From positions 1-37,056 of the forward strand of contig JAYKHR010000132.1 in the NCBI GenBank assembly GCA_035285125.1: DNA of 37,056 nt, given 5' to 3'. This document shows positions 34,698 to 37,056 of this stretch, one piece after another (within the stretch, counting starts at the first letter, position 1; each line of letters starts with the position of its first letter). This DNA comes from Candidatus Sericytochromatia bacterium. Lineage in GTDB: Bacteria > Cyanobacteriota > Sericytochromatia > S15B-MN24 > JAQBPE01. The position numbers were made by a program, and so were the translations under genes. A model generated the notes under the pieces. The model had not been told where the DNA came from. It did not search any database and saw nothing but the letters and a program-made list of their open reading frames with translations.

Positions 34698-36978
34698 CCT
34701 CCCGCCAGCCCTGCCAGCGGCTCCGTCCGTCCGTCACCCGCCACCGTCGGCCGTCGCTTCGCAGCACCACCGCCCCGTGGACGTCGGTGCGTAGGATCTC
34801 CGCCCCCACCGCGCCCAGCCGGGCCAGCGTCTCGGGGTGGGGGTGTCCGTGCACGTTGCTCGCCCCGACGGAGACGATCGCGACGGCCGGGCGCACGGCC
34901 GCGAGCCAGGCCGCGGCGGTGGAGCCCCGCGCCCCGTGGTGGGCGACCTTGAGCACCTGCGCGGCCAGCGCCGGGCCGCTGGCGAGCAGCGCGCGCTCGC
35001 CCGGCGCCTCCACGTCGCCGGGGAGCAGCATCGTGGTGTCGCCGTAGCGCAGCCGCAGCACGAGCGAGGCGTCGTTGGTGCTGGCAGGGCGGTCGCGCCG
35101 CGGCACGGCGCTGAGCTCCACCCCCTCGCACCGCCAGGAGAGCCGGCCGTCCCCCGGCGTGCGCCAGGGCACGCCGGCCTGAAGCCAGGCGGCCAGCTGC
35201 GCCTGGGCCGCGCCCCCCTCTCCCGCCAGGCCCGCATCCCAGGCCTCCGCCACGGGCAGGGCCCGGGCGATCGCCGGCAGCCCCCCCACGTGGTCCTGGT
35301 GCGGGTGTGAAGCCACCATCAGCGCCACTCGACGCACCCCGAGCCGCCTGAGGTAGGGCAGCACCACCCGCGCCCCCGCGTCGCTGCCGGCGCTGGCAGG
35401 GCCCCCGTCAACGACGGCGGTGGCCCCTCCCGGCGTGCGGAGGACGATGGCATCACCCTGCCCGACGGCCAGGACGGCCACCTCCAGCACGCCGCGCGGG
35501 GCCACCGGCCACGTCCAGAGCGTCACCCCGAGGCCCACCAGCGCCCAGCGCCAGCGGGCGAGGCCACAGGCCAGGGCCGCATAGAGGCCCACCAGGGTGG
35601 TAGGGGCCACCTGGGGCACGGCCACGAGTTGCCCTGGCACCGCCACCGCGGCCTCGGCGATCGCCACGAGGGTCGCCAGCCCCAGGGCCGTGAGCTGGTT
35701 GGCGAGCGCGGCCCCCCCGGGCCACAGGCACCCGAGCAAGGCCACGCCAAACGCCCAGGGCGTCAGCACCGCCACCAGCGGGCTGCTCGCCCAGTTGGCC
35801 GGGATCCCGGCCAGGGGCACGACGCTGAACACGTGGGCCTGCCACGGCGTCACCCAGAGCCACGTGACGATGGGGGCCGCGAGGCTGCTCCACAGCCAGG
35901 CGGGCCCCGGCAGGCCGAGCCCGGGCAACCCGTGCGCGAGGCGCAGCAGGGCATAGGTGGCCAGCACGCTGAACTGAAAGCCGAGGTCGCCCACGCAGCC
36001 CGGGTCCAGCACCACGAGCACCGCCACCGTGAGCCAGAGGGCCGCGAACGGCAGCGGCGACGCCTCCAGCACCAGGCCGGCGAGTCCCACGAGCCCCATC
36101 AGCGTCGCCCGGATCATCCCCGGGGCCGCCCCCGTCAGCGCGAGGTACAGCAGCAGGCTCGCCGTGCCGAGCGCGGCCTGGAGGCCGGGCCCCGCGCCCA
36201 GCCCCCGCGCCAGCGCCACCGCCAGCCCACCAAGGATGGCGACCTGCGCGCCGCTGGCCGCCAGCAGGTGGGCCAGGCCGGCGTCCCGAAAGCAGCCAGC
36301 CAGGGCCTCAGGCACGGGCGCCGCCCCGGTGCCGAGCAGCAGCGAGCCGAGCAGGGCGTGGCGATCGGGCGGCAGGCCCGGCGCAAGGCCTGCGAGCAGC
36401 CGCAGGCGCAGGCCGTCCACGGCGGCCCGGGCGCGGTCGTCGAGGCGCGGGCTGGCCCCGAGGGGGGTCCCCTCCACGGCCCTCAGCGTCGCGTGGACGC
36501 CTCGGGCCGCCCAGGCCGCGCGCCCGTCGGGGGCGCCGGGGTTGGCGGGGGCAGCGGGGCGCGCGAGGCGCCCGGCCAGCAGCCAGCGCTCGCCGGGCGC
36601 GGGGCGGCGGGCCGTCGCCGGGAAACGCACCAGCACGCGGGAAGATCCCCAGCGCGCGGCTGCCGGCGCCCGGGCGATCACCCGCCAGGCCCCTGGACCG
36701 CCCTCGGGTGGGCTCTCCACGACGACCTCGACGGCCAGGTAGCGTCGCGGCGCCAGGCGCGCGAGGTCCGCCGGGGGCAAGCCAGGGGCCCGCACGCCGC
36801 GCCAGGCGGCAGCCCCCACCAGCAGCGCCGTCAAGAGGGCCAGCCGCCCGGCCAACCCCTTCCAGCGCCACGCGGCCCAGCCCGCCAGCGGCACCGCCAC
36901 GAGGGTGGCGGGTGGGGGCGCGAGCCACGGCCCGAGGGCCGCCCCGGCAGCCAGGGCGATCGCCACGGCGCGCAGCAC
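34642..36978 (-). CDS. comEC: DNA uptake competence protein ComEC/Rec2
   Basis: Competence domain AGLAHLLAASGAQV, RATLM, GFQFSVLA; MBL domain VGQGDA, VDGG, SHPHQDHVGG, LPGD, KVAHHGA, HGHP, RTD. Confidence 0.93.
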   Translation of the reverse strand: MLRAVAIALAAGAALGPWLAPPPATLVAVPLAGWAAWRWKGLAGRLALLTALLVGAAAWRGVRAPGLPPADLARLAPRRYLAVEVVVESPPEGGPGAWRVIARAPAAARWGSSRVLVRFPATARRPAPGERWLLAGRLARPAAPANPGAPDGRAAWAARGVHATLRAVEGTPLGASPRLDDRARAAVDGLRLRLLAGLAPGLPPDRHALLGSLLLGTGAAPVPEALAGCFRDAGLAHLLAASGAQVAILGGLAVALARGLGAGPGLQAALGTASLLLYLALTGAAPGMIRATLMGLVGLAGLVLEASPLPFAALWLTVAVLVVLDPGCVGDLGFQFSVLATYALLRLAHGLPGLGLPGPAWLWSSLAAPIVTWLWVTPWQAHVFSVVPLAGIPANWASSPLVAVLTPWAFGVALLGCLWPGGAALANQLTALGLATLVAIAEAAVAVPGQLVAVPQVAPTTLVGLYAALACGLARWRWALVGLGVTLWTWPVAPRGVLEVAVLAVGQGDAIVLRTPGGATAVVDGGPASAGSDAGARVVLPYLRRLGVRRVALMVASHPHQDHVGGLPAIARALPVAEAWDAGLAGEGGAAQAQLAAWLQAGVPWRTPGDGRLSWRCEGVELSAVPRRDRPASTNDASLVLRLRYGDTTMLLPGDVEAPGERALLASGPALAAQVLKVAHHGARGSTAAAWLAAVRPAVAIVSVGASNVHGHPHPETLARLGAVGAEILRTDVHGAVVLRSDGRRWRVTDGRSRWQGWREVSGQAASRGRGAPASPAP

Positions 36979-37056
36979 GTCCGAGCCTCAGCACGCACGA
37001 TGAGAGATCCTGCAGCAGACTTTTGTCGCTTTGCGTAAGGGGCTCAGGGGCGCTGC

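Overview
GC-rich (visibly >70% in coding regions) bacterial chromosomal segment. The RecG N-terminus and a small TPR protein are of cyanobacterial type, so it plausibly comes from a non-photosynthetic cyanobacterial relative such as Sericytochromatia (inference). Left to right it carries a truncated Clp/AAA+ ATPase that the ORF track missed, a MacAB-TolC-like efflux operon, MOSC, vWA and M30-like metalloprotease genes, a Ski2/HelY-like helicase head-to-head with rnhB, a degenerate DUF151-like protein, an amidohydrolase, two envelope genes sharing a TPR-like module, engB, dusB, tRNA-Asp, an otsA-like synthase coupled to a non-HAD phosphatase, a GT4 glycosyltransferase, mtnA, a metallophosphoesterase, recG, mnmA, two paralogous small membrane-anchored proteins and comEC. 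No transposase, integrase, cas gene or CRISPR array is visible. The most notable unexplained signals are three. (1) A stand-alone, highly structured ~455-nt minus-strand transcription unit downstream of tRNA-Asp, with its own promoter and terminator and a 59-aa sORF. (2) An otsA-like gene translationally coupled to a PF15698-like phosphatase instead of otsB. (3) A lipoprotein and an acidic-IDR/pseudopilin-like protein that share a duplicated TPR-like module.
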